NCBI GenBank assembly: GCA_965645245.1
Contig: OZ287071.1
Location: forward strand, 620,001-684,000
Source of the DNA: Massalongia carnosa
Lineage: Eukaryota
Direction of reading: 5' to 3'
DNA length: 64,000 bases
Positions 12,549 to 26,280 of the stretch are shown here, piece after piece. The translations under genes and the position numbers were made by a program. Under the pieces are notes generated by a model. The model was not told where the DNA came from. It was given only the letters and a program-made list of their open reading frames with translations, and made no database searches. The first letter of the stretch is position 1. Each line of letters opens with the position of its first letter.

Positions 12549-14119
12549 CTAAAGTATCGTTCCCAGATTTACATGCACAGCCTTCAAATTAGTATATGCC
12601 GCCAGGCCCGCCTCCCCTAGCTCCCTGCCAATACCGCTCTGCTTGACGCCCCCAAACGGCACCTGCACCGACGCATCCTGGCTACTATTCACCCATACCA
12701 TGCCCGCCTCAATGGCCCTAGCCACACGGTGCGCGCGCGTCAAGTCACGCGTAAAGACGGCCGAGCCTAGCCCGTACGTAGTGTCATTAGCCCGCTGTAC
12801 AGCCTCCTCCTCCGTCGCAAAGCTTGAGATCACGACGAAAGGGCCGAACACTTCTTCGCGGTAGATGCGCATGTGATCCTTGACGTCCGTGAACACCGTC
12901 GGCGCGATAAAGAAGCCTTTCCCGTTGCCGGCATCCAGGTGCGGGTGCCCACCTACGAGCAGAGTCGCGCCTTCCGCCTTGCCTGCCTCAATGTAGGAGA
13001 GCACGCGGTCGTACTGTGTTTTGGTGACCTGAGGCCCTTGGAAGGTCGCCTCATGGAAGGGATCGCCTACGGTGCTGATGGTCGTGAGGGTCTCGCGGAA
13101 GAGCTTGACGAAGGCGTCGTAGATGCTCTCGTGTACAAGAATGCGCGAGGTGGCGGTGCAGATCTGGCCCATGTTGGACATGATACCCGCGTGCGCCCAT
13201 TTGGCCGCTTGCTCAAGGTCTGCGTCGTCAAAAACGAGCAATGGGCTCTTGCCGCCAGTTTCCAGTGTGATGTTCTTTAGATTCACGCTGGCCAGCTTCA
13301 TGATCTCACGGGCCGTAACCGTCGAGCCCGTGAAGGCGATCTTGTCAACATCTGGGTGGCGGGCGATGGCGGCTCCGCATTCCCGACCAATGCCATTGAG
13401 GATATTCACCACGCCTGGGGGAAAGCCAGCTTCCTTGACCAGGGTTGCAAGGTACAGGATACTGAGCGGGGTTTGCTCGGCGGCTTTGATGACGACCGTG
13501 TTCCCGCAAGCCAGCGCGGGGCCGATCTTCCACGCAGCCATTGTGAGCGGGTAGTTCCACGGGATGATCTGCCCACAGACGCCCAACGGCTCCCGGATCG
13601 TGTACGCAAGTTTCGCCGGCGAGGTGTCGATGACCTGGCCGTGGAGCTTGTCCGCATAGCCAGCATAATAGCGGAGACAGGCGCCGACTTCAGCCACGTC
13701 TTCATTCAACGCCACTTGATACGGCTTGCCGTTGTCCCAGGTTTCGATTGTGGCGAGGACCTCGGCGTGGGTGTCCGTAAGGTCGGCGAGTTTATGGAGG
13801 AGAGCTCCGCGGTCACTGGGCGGCAGGTCACGCCACGAGGGAGATCGAAAAGCGGCTCGGGCGGCGGAGACTGCATCGTCGACATCTGCAGATGAAGCGG
13901 AATAAACGGATGTTATTTCAGTTTCATTGCTGAAGAGAAGGAGAAGGGGGTAAGCTCGTCTGAATGGAGTAGAAATGAGTCTGGGACGCACGTTGGGTTG
14001 ATGCTAGTTATCTTCTCCCCTGTTTTAGATTTCACAAACTCATTATTAATGAAGAGGCCTATTGGCTGTTTATACTTTCGTCCATTGGGCGCTGTGAGTT
14101 CAATTATCAGGTCAGACAT
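12549..14119 (-). CDS. NAD(P)-dependent aldehyde dehydrogenase (2 exons; intron 13991-13930)
   Basis: GQIIPWNYP, FTGST, LETGGKSP (catalytic Glu), GQICTA (catalytic Cys), EEVFGP, PFGGVKQSGIGRELG. Confidence 0.97.
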
Positions 14120-14650
14120 TTTGGAGACTGTAAATCAGTTATTCAGGCTGGGCTGGATATGAATAGCTGAAGAACAAAGCTCAACAAGCTTCAGCTCCAC
14201 AAACAATATGTGTGACTTCCAAAATGCCCCTATTCACGACAGTGGAGTGGAGAGTCAAATGCCAATCGATAATAGAATGACACCTTCCGATTACAGCGTA
14301 GCGCATCCGAATAATAACCGGAGTTTAGCCGTCGTTTACCACAAAAAGGCGAGAGGATCTACCAACTTTAAATGTTAGTCTTAGCTCTCGTTCGCTCCTC
14401 CAAAGCTACTCGGCATCGACCCCATCACAGTCGTGAGTTTTAGAATAGGGACTGACGAAGGTGATGAATGTAGAAGAAGATATCAACAGTTTAAGACAAG
14501 CTTGTGGCTCTTCTTTCGCATGCGCCTAGTGTCAATCTTGGAACATTCTTTCAGTCTCTCACACTTCGCTAAGTGGACGATCACAATCGTTATTACGTTA
14601 AAGTTTCAATCACCAATTTGCTTCACTACCAGAAGCCCGTACTTGTTGGA

Positions 14651-15349
14651 ATGTCCTTGACTTCTCAAGTTCCAGATGACCAAATCTCCCATTCAGATGC
14701 TCTTGCTTATTGGTACTCAATCCCCCCAACCGTAAACGGCATGCTTGGAGGATATCCTCAAATCTCAAGGGTCGACCTACGAGGATCGGCTAACTTTCTT
14801 GAGAAGCTCCTGCGTCTGTTTCCGTCGCAGGATGATCAGAAGAGATTGGGAAGAGGTGTGGATTGTGGTGCTGGCATAGGAAGAATCACTGCAGGCCTTT
14901 TAAGCAAGTTTTGCACTATTATTGATGTGGTGGAGCCAATCGAAAAATTCGCTAAAGAAGTTAAGACAGCAACAATGCTTGGAAATGGCCAATTGGGCGA
15001 AACATTTGTAATCGGGCTGGAAGACTGGATACCCGAAAAAACATATGACCTTATTTGGAATCAATGGTGCCTTGGACATCTTACCGACAAGCAATTGGTA
15101 GTCTATTTTCAGAGGTGCAGGAAAGTTCTGAATAATAGGGGGTGGATCGTGGTAAAAGAAAATATGAGCAGCGGCAAGGATGCAACAGACATATTTGACA
15201 AGCGAGATAGCAGCGTTACAAGGACGGACAGGAAATTCAGGGAAATTTTCGAGAAAGCAGAGCTTTCGCTGGTTAAGACAGAGCTGCAGGCCGGCTTCCC
15301 AAAGGAGCTTTATCCAGTCCGATATTATGCGCTCCAGTATGGAAGATAA
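14651..15349 (+). CDS. NTM1: Alpha-N-terminal protein methyltransferase (NTM1/Tae1 family)
   Basis: YW...TVNGMLGG, DCGAGIGRIT, YDLIWNQWCLGHLTD, IVVKEN, FDKRDSSVTR, FPKELYPV. Confidence 0.93.
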   Translation: MSLTSQVPDDQISHSDALAYWYSIPPTVNGMLGGYPQISRVDLRGSANFLEKLLRLFPSQDDQKRLGRGVDCGAGIGRITAGLLSKFCTIIDVVEPIEKFAKEVKTATMLGNGQLGETFVIGLEDWIPEKTYDLIWNQWCLGHLTDKQLVVYFQRCRKVLNNRGWIVVKENMSSGKDATDIFDKRDSSVTRTDRKFREIFEKAELSLVKTELQAGFPKELYPVRYYALQYGR

Positions 15350-15553
15350 CACATGCTGAAACTTATGAAACCGAGGTAAACGTCTTACTCCGAAAAGTTC
15401 TCTAAATGATATTAGTGTTCCGATTCTCGCATTATGATAATACCTTGATCTACAACGGGGGAGAACAGCCACTGCCTCGATTGGAACCAATCTAAAGATA
15501 CAAGAACCATCTAGCTCCTAGTTGGCCCAGCTTCGCATCATTACAAATCCAAA

Positions 15554-16693
15554 TTATGCATTTCCAGCAGAAGCAGATTCTTGGGCAGGCCCTGCCGCCT
15601 CTTCGGATTCCACCAAGCTCATGATGAAATTCCACTCTTGAGGACTAACTTTTGAAACGCTTAGTCGGGGCATTTTAAGGGTTTGCAATCGTTCAAGGAT
15701 GCCTCCTTCGCGAGAGTACTTTTGAAGATCCTTTAACTTGATCATTTGAGGAAATTTCTGGATCAACCTAACATTAACAATACACCATTTTGGAGCTTCG
15801 CGAGTTGCCCCAGGGTCATAGTAGGGGTGATTGAGATCCAAGGCAGTTTCTGAAACAATAATGCATCAGTTTTGGCGATTCAATCAGGGAACATGTCCTA
15901 CCATCGACCGAGTGCTCTTGGACGATTTGCATTGTACCGACAATACCTGGAACCTTGGTATTAGAGTGATAAAAAAAGGCCTGGTCTCCCTTCATCATCA
16001 GGCGCATATTATTACGAGCTAGATTATTAGCGAAGCTTCAAGTCCGGAGAGTTGATGTGGCAAACCTGTGGCATTGCGAACACCTGTCCGACATTGTCAG
16101 TATACAGCCTAGTAGCCTTTAGCTAGGAGCTGAGAGTTGCACTTACCATCCCACGGCTCCCCGTCAGGAGCAGTTGACGCCAAGAGATCATCGATGGAAA
16201 ATTTAACATCGATATTCTTGAGAATTCTCGTATCAGGCTCTGCCTTCATGAGCCAGTACGATCGTCCTTCGACGTCCTCAGGAGCGTTGTCTTCGGATAC
16301 ATCATTCAACAAAGCTGATGGAATGTTGATTGATAGCTCAGGACGCAGATTCGATGAAACCTCATCATTAGCTACTTTACTAGGTTTGCTTGCCTTATGT
16401 GCCTCTTTAGCCTTTCCACGAGCTGCTTTCTGCTCGGCCTTGGTAGCTTTGACAGGTTGCTTGGAGGCCTTCAAAGGTTTAGCAGCTTTCTTCGCAACAG
16501 CTGGTTTGGTGATTGCTCCTTTGATGGAGCTACGAGTAATCCTAGAAGCCACGATTTTTGCCGCTGCGGCGCGCTTCTTTGGGGTGGCCACTTGCTGATC
16601 TTTCTTTACTCCGGGAGGACGACCTCGCTTCTTCGTGGGAGTCGCTTGAAGCTCGACCTGAGTTGCTTTGCGCTTGCGCTTTGCTGCTGCCAT
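15554..16693 (-). CDS. AT-hook plus EVE-domain protein (THYN1/Thy28-like), 4 exons
   Basis: KKRGRPP AT-hook; YWLMKAEP...KFSIDDL...WDGVRNATARNNMR...FFYHSN...HPYYDP...RLSVSKV EVE motifs. Introns 16146-16084, 16065-16019, 15901-15850. Confidence 0.92.
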
Positions 16694-19600
16694 GTTTGAA
16701 AGTTATGGTTTTGATGTACAAAATAAACGGGTATGAACTCGAGTTTTGAAGGGTGGTATTAAAAGAGTCAGATCAAAATGATATGAAGCGAAACGTTTCG
16801 CTTAACTAACGTATACTAATTTGACGCTAGCGGCTTTTCGGTCCTGACGCGATGCTTAACACATTCGAGGTCTACGCTATCTTAGAAAAATCTGGGAAGC
16901 TTTTGTGATTGCTTGAAACTGCAGTTGGTCTTCTGGGTGTATTTTGCATGACTGATCGAGGGTTTCTTCTTGAATCTTAAGAAATCTACACACTAGAGGG
17001 GATGCGGAGGGCAATATGCCTCAGGATTAACCTGCTCACTGAATGGTCAAGGATATCGAGAAACTATCAGAAATGCTCTGGTTGATATGAGTCTCACACC
17101 CCCCTACAACTTACTTGGTATTTTTCTTCAATTACTTTACCCGTTTGAGAGATTGGCTTCTGATTATATACCTCTGAAGACTTTGCCCCTACTTTGTTAT
17201 TCCATTCAAGAAGAATCCAAGCTTCTTTGCGAAATGGAGACAGCTATCAAGAACTCAGTAACTGGGGCATTAAGGAAAATCAAATGCCATAATCGAGCAG
17301 CTACAAAATTTGAAGCTCAGAAAAGCCTTCCATAGTTTAGACTCTAATTTCTTTCTATCCCCCTTTCACTGAAGCTTCTTGGAACTACAGTTATCAAATA
17401 GTCTCCTAACAAGAATTCATTCGATGAGTTGTTTTCGGCTACTGCAGGCTCAGTTTTTAGTATCTACAGTTAGCTTGTAAGGTCATGGATTATTTTCACC
17501 ATTATCGTGAATGAATCTTATGGGTCTTTGGGAAGATCTTAGGGGGATCCAAATACGGTCACCTCAGGCATAAATTCAACTAGTTCTCGCTTCTAATCAA
17601 TGTATCGGTATCTAGTTGTCTATAACTTACCCGATCATAAATATCAAAGCCAGGGAGGACGCGTTTTTCGTACAATATTTCACACTACTCGCTGACTTGC
17701 AGAAGAAAATATAGTTGCGTTGGCTCCTCGCAAAAAGATCTATCGGTCGATATACCTAACCATTCTCTCTCCCTACAGCAGACACAACCGCCAGTAAAAA
17801 GGGGCGCAGGTTCATCGTTCAAGCCATCAACTCATGCTCCGCAGATACTATCAGCGCTTTTAATTTTCATCGTCTCTACGGATATTGCTTTCCATAACTC
17901 CAACAACGAAGTCAAAGTGCAACCACTAAAGATATTACACCGAATTTATAACGACCACACAACATGCATACTAAAAGCGCGCGGATTTTCGATCGCTCAA
18001 CCCTCAATATTCCAACTCTAGGTAGAACTTTGGCTGGCCTCTACAATCAAATTCTCATCTGGTATCGACAAAAAGACCCGGTCCCTACTGTTTACCCCTC
18101 CATTTCAGCGTTTAGATATTTATGTACCGCGTCTCAGCCGACCCCCAAGGTTTGCAGCGTGGGAAAATCTAAAGGGCTCTATCTCCTCCATGGCTTTTAG
18201 AGCTGGTAAATATTTGCGTTCTATATTATGAAACTGGAACTATTATACAGATTTAGGAGGACAGTTACATAAGGGCAGATAGTGAGGTGATCAGGAAGTG
18301 GAAAGGAGGGTATCTGGATTTCCAACTCCGGTGGACAAATAAGATGCTTATAGGATAGTCACTTTTGGTGTACTCCAGCCCAACAAGAGTGATACTATAC
18401 GTATCTAAACCCCCTGTCCTCCCTGTCCCTCTCCTACCTTCCTTGCCCGTTCATGGACAATCAACCAACCTGTCAAAACCGCGTCAATAGCGATTACATG
18501 TCGAGATATCCTTAGAACTATTCGTGGGGTCAATCTAGCCACCTTATTATACATGAGCTAGTTCTGTTCCTTTTTCATCCATCTCATGTTTTCCAAGAAA
18601 ACCCGTCTTTGCAAAGAGTTTGCCTCCCTTTCCTATCCCTATGTCAAATGTTTAGATGGAAATTCATTTGGTGGAGGATGGCAAAAAGAGCTGCTCACAT
18701 ACCAACCTCCTTTTCTAGTTTTTTCCCCGGTCAGATATTTCCTTTTCATTTTGTCCCATCTCTTTCCGGTCTATCTTAGATCCCCACCCCAAAAAAACAT
18801 CAACGACAGTAACAGCAACTCCCTGCAATTATTTCTCTCGTTCAATAAATCTTTAAATTTTCACACAAATTTTCCATCCAAACCTCATATGTATATTCAA
18901 CAGCTCGCATCAATTTTCCTTCCCAACCCGGTGCTGTCCGTCCCACCCCCCCTCTAAACCTAATGTTAGCTGCAATACTTTCTCATTCTTCCTCTCTGCC
19001 ACGAGCTTTGAAATAAATCGGAAGAAAAATTGTATGGGAACGGAGGGAGAAATTCTGATTGTCGGGAAAATCAAGTATCTCATGCTACAGTCCCTCCACT
19101 TTTATCCTTACCATTCTTTCCGTTTGCAATCTGTGCGTCTTTTACACTTTCTTAGAAAGACAGTTAAAGTTGAATTCAATTTTTGCTACTTCATCCTTCA
19201 GTCATTTAATGAACCAAGAACTTTCAGCACCTCCATAGTACTTCTATGCTGGAATCCCAGCCAGCCAGACAGCACCATGTATCAGCTCAGCGGTAATTCG
19301 AGGTCTCCCTCGTGTAGGGCTAAATAAGTACAACATTTATCTATAGTTGGGTAAGTTTCCCCCACCGTTGCCCCGCTGCGCTCAGTTTTGATGGGGGCTC
19401 ATTCTATCCTGGCTCTATCCTGGCAGCAGTGGAGAAAATAACCCATCGACTATTCAGCTATTTATCTAAGTGAGAGGAGAAAAAGCCCTTTTATTGCTAC
19501 ACTCTAAATCAATACTGATGATGAGGAGCAAATGCCAAAAAGCCATCTATTCTTCTTCTCTTCCTATCCAACTCATTGGTCACCACTCCTCGGCCTCCCC

Positions 19601-22600
19601 GATTTGTCTACTATCTATCTTTTTTTTCTAGCCACCGCCTGACCCTATTGATCGCCCCGACCACTTGGTCCCAGTTTTACCTTTCGCCCTAGCTGCATTG
19701 CCTACTCCGGCCCCCGGAGGATAGTTCTGGTGCCGGAATCTTAGCCAGCCAAGTAGAGCTATGTATCAACTTAGTATCAGCTTGTTTGAGGACGTTACAG
19801 TTCGACAAGCGGTACTACAAAACACAATCTAGGGTCATAATCCACCCATGCTCCTGGATGAAGAGGAAACCGGCCAATATCATGGCTTCATGTGCTCGCT
19901 ATTTGCACCTTTTGATGTATACGAAAAGAAAGGAAACCAATATGTGCAAAACTAACGCAGTGTGGGCGACCAAACGCCCTTATTTTCCTTCCGCATTCCG
20001 GCTTTTTCGATCGGGCGGAGGGGATCTTTCCATCGCTCGCTGCGTGGTTCACGGTAGGGAAAGCGGAAAGCAGAGAGCGGTCATGGCTGAGAAGACAGCG
20101 CAGGTGCCACAGATGTACGCAACCAAACCTAGCTGGTTCGAAGATAGAGGGGAAGGTCTTGGACGCAAAAGCTCAACATGTGAAATATGCCAAGCTGATG
20201 GTGTCCTGCGTTGGATGAGTGTTGCCGTCAAGGGGGGGGGTGACGCTCAAAGACAAAGGGCGGATTCAAACGGCACACACCCAAGTGAAAATGAAGCCAT
20301 TTGGCCAGTCTCCAGATGTAGGATATCTCAAGAATTCCCACGCTATCATTCGAGGGTTCTACAACCGCCGGTAGTTACAGAGCGTACATACGATTCACAG
20401 CATTACACACACGCACCCATCCTCTCCCCTATCCACCATACCTACCATCCTTTCTCTTTCCTCCCATCCACGCCACCTCCCTATCCCCAAACAAGCCCAT
20501 CTACCGCATCCGCCCTTTCCTCCCCCCCTCTCCCCAAACTCTAAAGGAGATATCATACCTTGGGCTGAGAACTAGGGTATGTAGCTCATATCTCCACATG
20601 TCCTTACCTACCGATATGGTAAGTGCCCTGTATGCCCCCCCCCCCTTCCTAAGTCCTTGTCCCCCTTATCTCCTCGTCGTCGCCTCGCCTGGGGAGAAGA
20701 AACTGTTTCGTAATACCCGGCCATCCATGTCACCCATCCATTTTTACGCTTAAGGAAACGTGTTCTTACACTACCCCCCAACCCCCCTCAGCATCGTCAT
20801 CACCGCAAGGTAAATCCTCATTTCCTCCAACCCCCCCCCCTAACCCCAAATCAACCCATCAATTATCCCTCTTCGTCCTCCAATAAATCACGCCAACCCC
20901 CCCCCCCCACGCGCGCCTTCCCATAGATAGCCTCTTGTACCTGCCTAATTCCACACACACTCTTCCACTCCGAGCTAAATCACCACCTCCACCAATCTAC
21001 GTAGAACTAAGCGCCTGTTGAAACCAGGGATCTTCGCCCCCCGGGTGCCTTAGCGAAATTTCGTCATACATGTTTCCACTCTGTTGGCCCGATCGGGTCA
21101 GATGATGGCATTTTGATGAGCCCGGCTAACTGGTTTAGTTGGTCAACTTGGTTCCCTCCCCCCCTTGGTGGCCGCTCGGTCGGTAAAGGGAGTTTGATTA
21201 GGTAGGCAAATTAGGGGAGGAGGAGGAGGAGGAGGAGGAGGGACGTATGGCTGATGACGCCGAGAGGGGGAATGGCTGGCGGATCACCGGCGGATGACCC
21301 GGCGGAACCGCTACTAGAGCTAGGTATACCTGGCTAGTCATGTTCGTTTCTTCAGCTAACAGACCGGAAAGGCGAATTCTCATTAGTTTTAGAAAGCAAT
21401 TGACTACCACGGGGTTTTGATTGCGTTATTGAGCGGTTTACTCGCGCACGCTCTCTCTCTCTCTTTTTCTGTTGGTCTTATCCGGGAGGCTCACTAACTA
21501 GGTAGGTAGTTAGTTCAAGCTCCTCCCTAACTATTCGGGCCTCCGGGGGACCCTTTCCGTTCAGGCTAGCGAAATATCTCCAGCCCCCAGACTAACAAAC
21601 AGCACACCGGTTCCGTCTAACTAACTAGAGTAGTCTCTACCTGTCCCCGGTTCGGACAAATGCCTTTTTTTAGCAACGTCTCCCCCCAAAAAAAGGCCGG
21701 CGGGTAACTAATTTGTGAAACCGCTTCCGAAAGACTTCGTAAGGAATATTAGAAGGAAATGGAAGTAGAGCAAGGAGGCAGGGATTATCCTGGCGGGAAA
21801 TAAGAGGGGTTTTCCAACAAGATCCCGATTTTGTCCCATGGGAACGTCAAGTGCCGCACAGCGATGCTGAACTGGTAAGTTTCCCAGCTCCCGTGCGATT
21901 GGTAACCACATTGTGTATTCCATGGTAACAGAGCACTTAAGCTTGTCGGGCTTGTCTGAAACCCTGATGAACGGATTTTGTTAGGCTAGACCCTTGGTAG
22001 TAAATATGACGCGATTTCCGTATCTCCTTAGTGCCTGGCAAGTCCCATCACCCCTGTCGTATCAACTTGGACCCGGTGTTCTGGCATTTGGGATCCAATC
22101 GCCCCCACCAGCGAACCATGGTTACGGAATAACGCCACACGATGACGTGCGTTTGGAAGAGGACAGAAGTGCCGAGGTTTAAGCGATGGGCGCGATTACT
22201 ATGGGTAACTGGCCTGTTCCATACAAGTGGTGAAATGGAAGAAGAGGGAGGGATGGTATCGATCGATGCCGATGAGTTTATTTGGGGGGAGAGGGCTCAA
22301 AAAACTGCATGTTAATCTCTTTTCTTGTTATGGGACCATCCTTGTAGTCATACGCGTGCTTTTCCCTCCAGTTGCCTAACCATCCACAAATGGTTTGGAC
22401 ACGTGTAAGATGCTTGGAAACAAGTGGGATGCGGCTCCATATGTCTCTAGACGCTTGTTGTGTCTAAGTCGAAGACATCATCCTGACTGCAATATCGCTT
22501 GGGGAGAAGGCAAGGCTCTGTGGATGGTCGGATTCTTTGCTTTAAGAAAAGAAGGGTTTTGCAGATTTGGCGAACGTGCATCGCTGGGGCCTAGACTTTT

Positions 22601-25600
22601 CTTGATAGAGGTGCTGGAGCGGCTGATGGACTTGACAAGTGCAAGGCGAGTTAAAGGTGAAGCTTGAAGGGAGCTGATGGCGAGCTCGTTCAATTAGTGG
22701 ATTATAGTAGCCGAGAATGCTGTTATGATGAAGCTTGTTTGTGTCTTGGCCGGTAATAATTTGTCTCCTCGACATTCGGTGGGAAACGGAAGGCTAACCC
22801 TTATTTGATACGAATCGACCATGCTAATACCTGTTTATCTGATTAAGATGTAAGAATAGTAGAATCGTGACAAATGCAACTTACTGACTGCAGGGTTGAT
22901 GATCCAAGAAGAATGGCGGAGTCAGTGGACGAAATGATCGAGCGGTGCAGCTGGTCGACTGAACTATCGAATAACTTAAATAACACCTCTATAGACAACT
23001 CCATAGACGGTGATGTGTTTGACAGAATGAATGTCAAGCAGATGGTTGGAAGGAAGAAATGGTGTTCATGTATACAAACATGGTGAACATAGAGCCGTTC
23101 AATCATTTTTCCTCAAGTAAAGATTAATACAAACAATAGACCCCAATCATCGGGTATAACTCCAGGAGTTAACCATAGAAGTACAGCTAGATTACTATGT
23201 ATTAGCAGTGTCAGCAACATCGATCCCTCGCATGTAACGGTCAGGTTGCTACTGTGCTTTGTTCGGTGTTCTTTTTCTTGATATCATGACAATAGCGAAA
23301 AATAATCACTGAATTGCACACTTAGCTACCACTCCGATAAAAATGAAGATATTTTGAAATCATCTTGTTCGTCTTCTCCGGCGTTTCCTTGACGGGTTTG
23401 GATTGGCATCGTCTGACGATAATGGAAGAGAGAAAATCACTGGTCCGCTGGTCCCGTTAGTCACCATCTTTTCATCCATTCGTCATTCCATGCCCGTAAC
23501 TAGCGGATCAACCCGCGTCCAACGTTTGCCGAAAAGTCAAAATGGCGGGAAGGATATTACATCAAGGTGAAGCCGAAACTCGAAAGACTTTTTGCATGGC
23601 AGTTTAATAATGATCATCATTCATCGGAATGTTATTGATCTCCGAAAGGAAGGGAAACGAACAAGTCAGCCAGCATCGAACCAAGAAGAAAGAATGTCGC
23701 ACATACCCTCCCTTTCCCTCCAACCTTACTTCGGGATAAATCTTACGCTTCACATGTACCGTCCTCTGACCAATCCAAAACCCCTTATCCGCCCATTAAC
23801 TCTAGCAAATCCCCAAAAGAGCCAACAACACCTCCCATGTCCACCACGCTTAAATACACAATAAGTACCAATCAACAAATGCCTCACATCATTGTGAAAT
23901 TCAGGGTAGCGTCGCCGCTTTCCCCCTAGAAGTTCTAAGCGAAGGATGCCTGACGTGCTCGACATCTCATGCATTTCATGCATGCAAACCTGCAGGTTCC
24001 CGGCCCCCCTTTCCCCCCCAAACCCAGATTGCGCAACTGCTCGCCTGCACCCTCGATCTTGCTTTTATCCTGGGTTAGTTTTGGGATAGGGTTGGTAGGC
24101 GTGCGTGCGTACATGCAGCTGCATGAATGGTCCTCGGGAGGAGGCATTGGTTGCATACGCAGCCTACAAGGCTTATGCGTGCGTTGTGTTACACCGTGCA
24201 AGCGACAATTTAGCTTGGAGTACGATGCGTTGTTTACATCACTAGAAGAGGGAGCTCGGATGTTGCATTTCATTGTTTTTTTTTTGTGTGTCAAGGGTTG
24301 GCGCAACTCGCTTACGTCGTGTGATGGTCCTGGTGCAATACGCTAAGTCACATTTTCATTTCCAGTTCTCTGCAGTTGTCCAATCCTACTCTGAATTCGG
24401 TATTTGTATGCTGTAGTGTGTTTAGGCTTTCCCTTCAACGAGGGTCGACGAGGACGTGGGAGTGGATGAGCCGAGGAGGGCGATCGCGATGAGCAAGATC
24501 TGCCCAGGACAAGTGTGCGATGATGTGATTATTGGTCTCTCTTCTTGGTCCCGGTCTGTACATCACGAAGGGGCTTCCACTTTCCACACATCGCTCGTCA
24601 CTCGTCGCTCGTCACCTCTCCACCGCTTTGGGTTGGTCATGGCTTACGTATCTGCTGATAATCGGTGATGAAAGGTGGTTTTCCGCGACCAGTATCGCCT
24701 TCACACAATAACAAAACCCGAGCACGTGGGTCCTCCGATTGGGGAGTCCACAAAGTCCACCGCCACACGGAGTTCCAAAAACCCATCCAGACCCTCCAAG
24801 AAACCCTCTCATCAACCAAACGAGAATATTTCCTTACCCCCTCGAGGACCCATTCCAATATCGCTCTTGCCCTGAAATCTAGACTATCAAACGTATCACC
24901 CTTTTGGTCCTACCTCCCCCGAAAAATGGCGGGTTTGGTTCGCTAACGTATCTCCAAATCTTCCACCGCGCCGATCAACGCATGGAATCCCTCGAACCGG
25001 AAAATTTCTCACAAGCCATCATTTGACTGATAGTATCAGAAACTGCCTCCCAATATGCGCAAGCAGCGCAAGCAAGGCAAGGAGGAGAACCCTTGCGGAT
25101 GTAGCGAGAAGCCAAAGCCCAATTGCGTACCCTGCGTGTTTTGCTCGAGGCCTACCCCTTACGAGCTGCAGAATCGTCAACGCGCGCGAGAGAGGGATGG
25201 ATCCGTATCCGGACGATCCCAACGCATCCACCGCCTCCCAGTCGCCCATCCAGACGATCATTGACGCAGCAGTTGTCCCTTTCGGGCAATTATGAACGTC
25301 AACACAGCGGGCCTCGAATCCGCAAGGGGAAAACCCCATGCTTTTCGCCGGACTCGATCTTACATCTCGGATCCCAAAAGGTTTGCCGGTAACCGTGACA
25401 ATGAAGGATTGTAAATGCTTTGAGGACTCCAGCACTTTAGTTTAACTTAGTGGCCGCACGAAGGAATCAGGAAGTGTTCCCCCCCCTTCCCTCTCTGGCC
25501 CTGCATTCGGAAAGAGTCCCCCCCCGCCCCTGCAACCATGACACCGCACCACCGGTACTTACCTAGGTAGCTATCATTCATTCAGGGCGCAGCTCCGCCC

Positions 25601-26168
25601 GGAAAGACCCCTCCCACCAAGAATAAAACGGCCACTTCGGTTTCGGCATACAGGGCAGGCAAGCGCACGCTAGTATGTTGAGGAAATGATTCGGATTCGG
25701 ACTCTCTCGTTTTGCATTGATATCTCACAGCTTATCCATCCATCCATCCACCAGCCAACCAACTAACAAGCCCACTAGCCAACCAGTCCAAAAATAAAGA
25801 CAAACCCTTACCAAATCAAACACTAGAATCAATGTTACCCACGTAGTTGGTTAGATCAGGCCGCCTTGCACCGCGCAAAAACCCTCTCCCATCCCCTCCA
25901 CACTTCCTCATCCCTACTCCCGTCTTTCCGAATTCCCTCTCCCAGTCCCTTCCCTTCCCTTCCCTCCCCTCCGTCCGTCCGTCCATCCGTCCATCCGCAA
26001 TCACACAAAAAATCGAGATTCCCGGGGTGCAGACGTCATAGGCATGGCGTGAACATCAAAGCATGGGGCAAGTGAGGAAGGGGCAGGGAGGTGATACACA
26101 TATGTATGTCGGTAGTTGCTCCACTGCCGGCATAATTGTGGTTAGGTGGGCTGTGCTGTGTGGCGCGT

Positions 26169-26195
26169 TGCGTGCGTGCGTGCGTGCGTGCGTGC
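26169..26195. repeat. (TGCG)n microsatellite
   Basis: About 6.5 tandem copies. Confidence 0.9.
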
Positions 26196-26250
26196 ATTCG
26201 TTCGTGTCCGTGTGTCCGTATTCGTGGGTTATATAATGCTAGGTAAAAGT

Positions 26251-26280
26251 CATGCCATGCCATGCCATGCCATGCCATGC
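26251..26280. repeat. (CATGC)6 microsatellite
   Basis: Six perfect copies. Confidence 0.95.

Noticed and set aside
12643..13895. Plus-strand ORFs overlapping ALDH (and similar shadows on bZIP, Ral2-like, NudC)
   Set aside because: Antisense shadow ORFs of GC-rich coding sequence.
17000..18950. Decayed LINE gag/endonuclease remnant
   Set aside because: Looks like degraded coding DNA, but I could not recover any diagnostic motif.
19786..20544. 252-aa ORF
   Set aside because: TTG start, low-complexity tail and no recognisable motif.
25055..25264. Cys-rich ORF as a Zn2Cys6 finger
   Set aside because: Cys spacing does not fit and there is no supporting gene structure.
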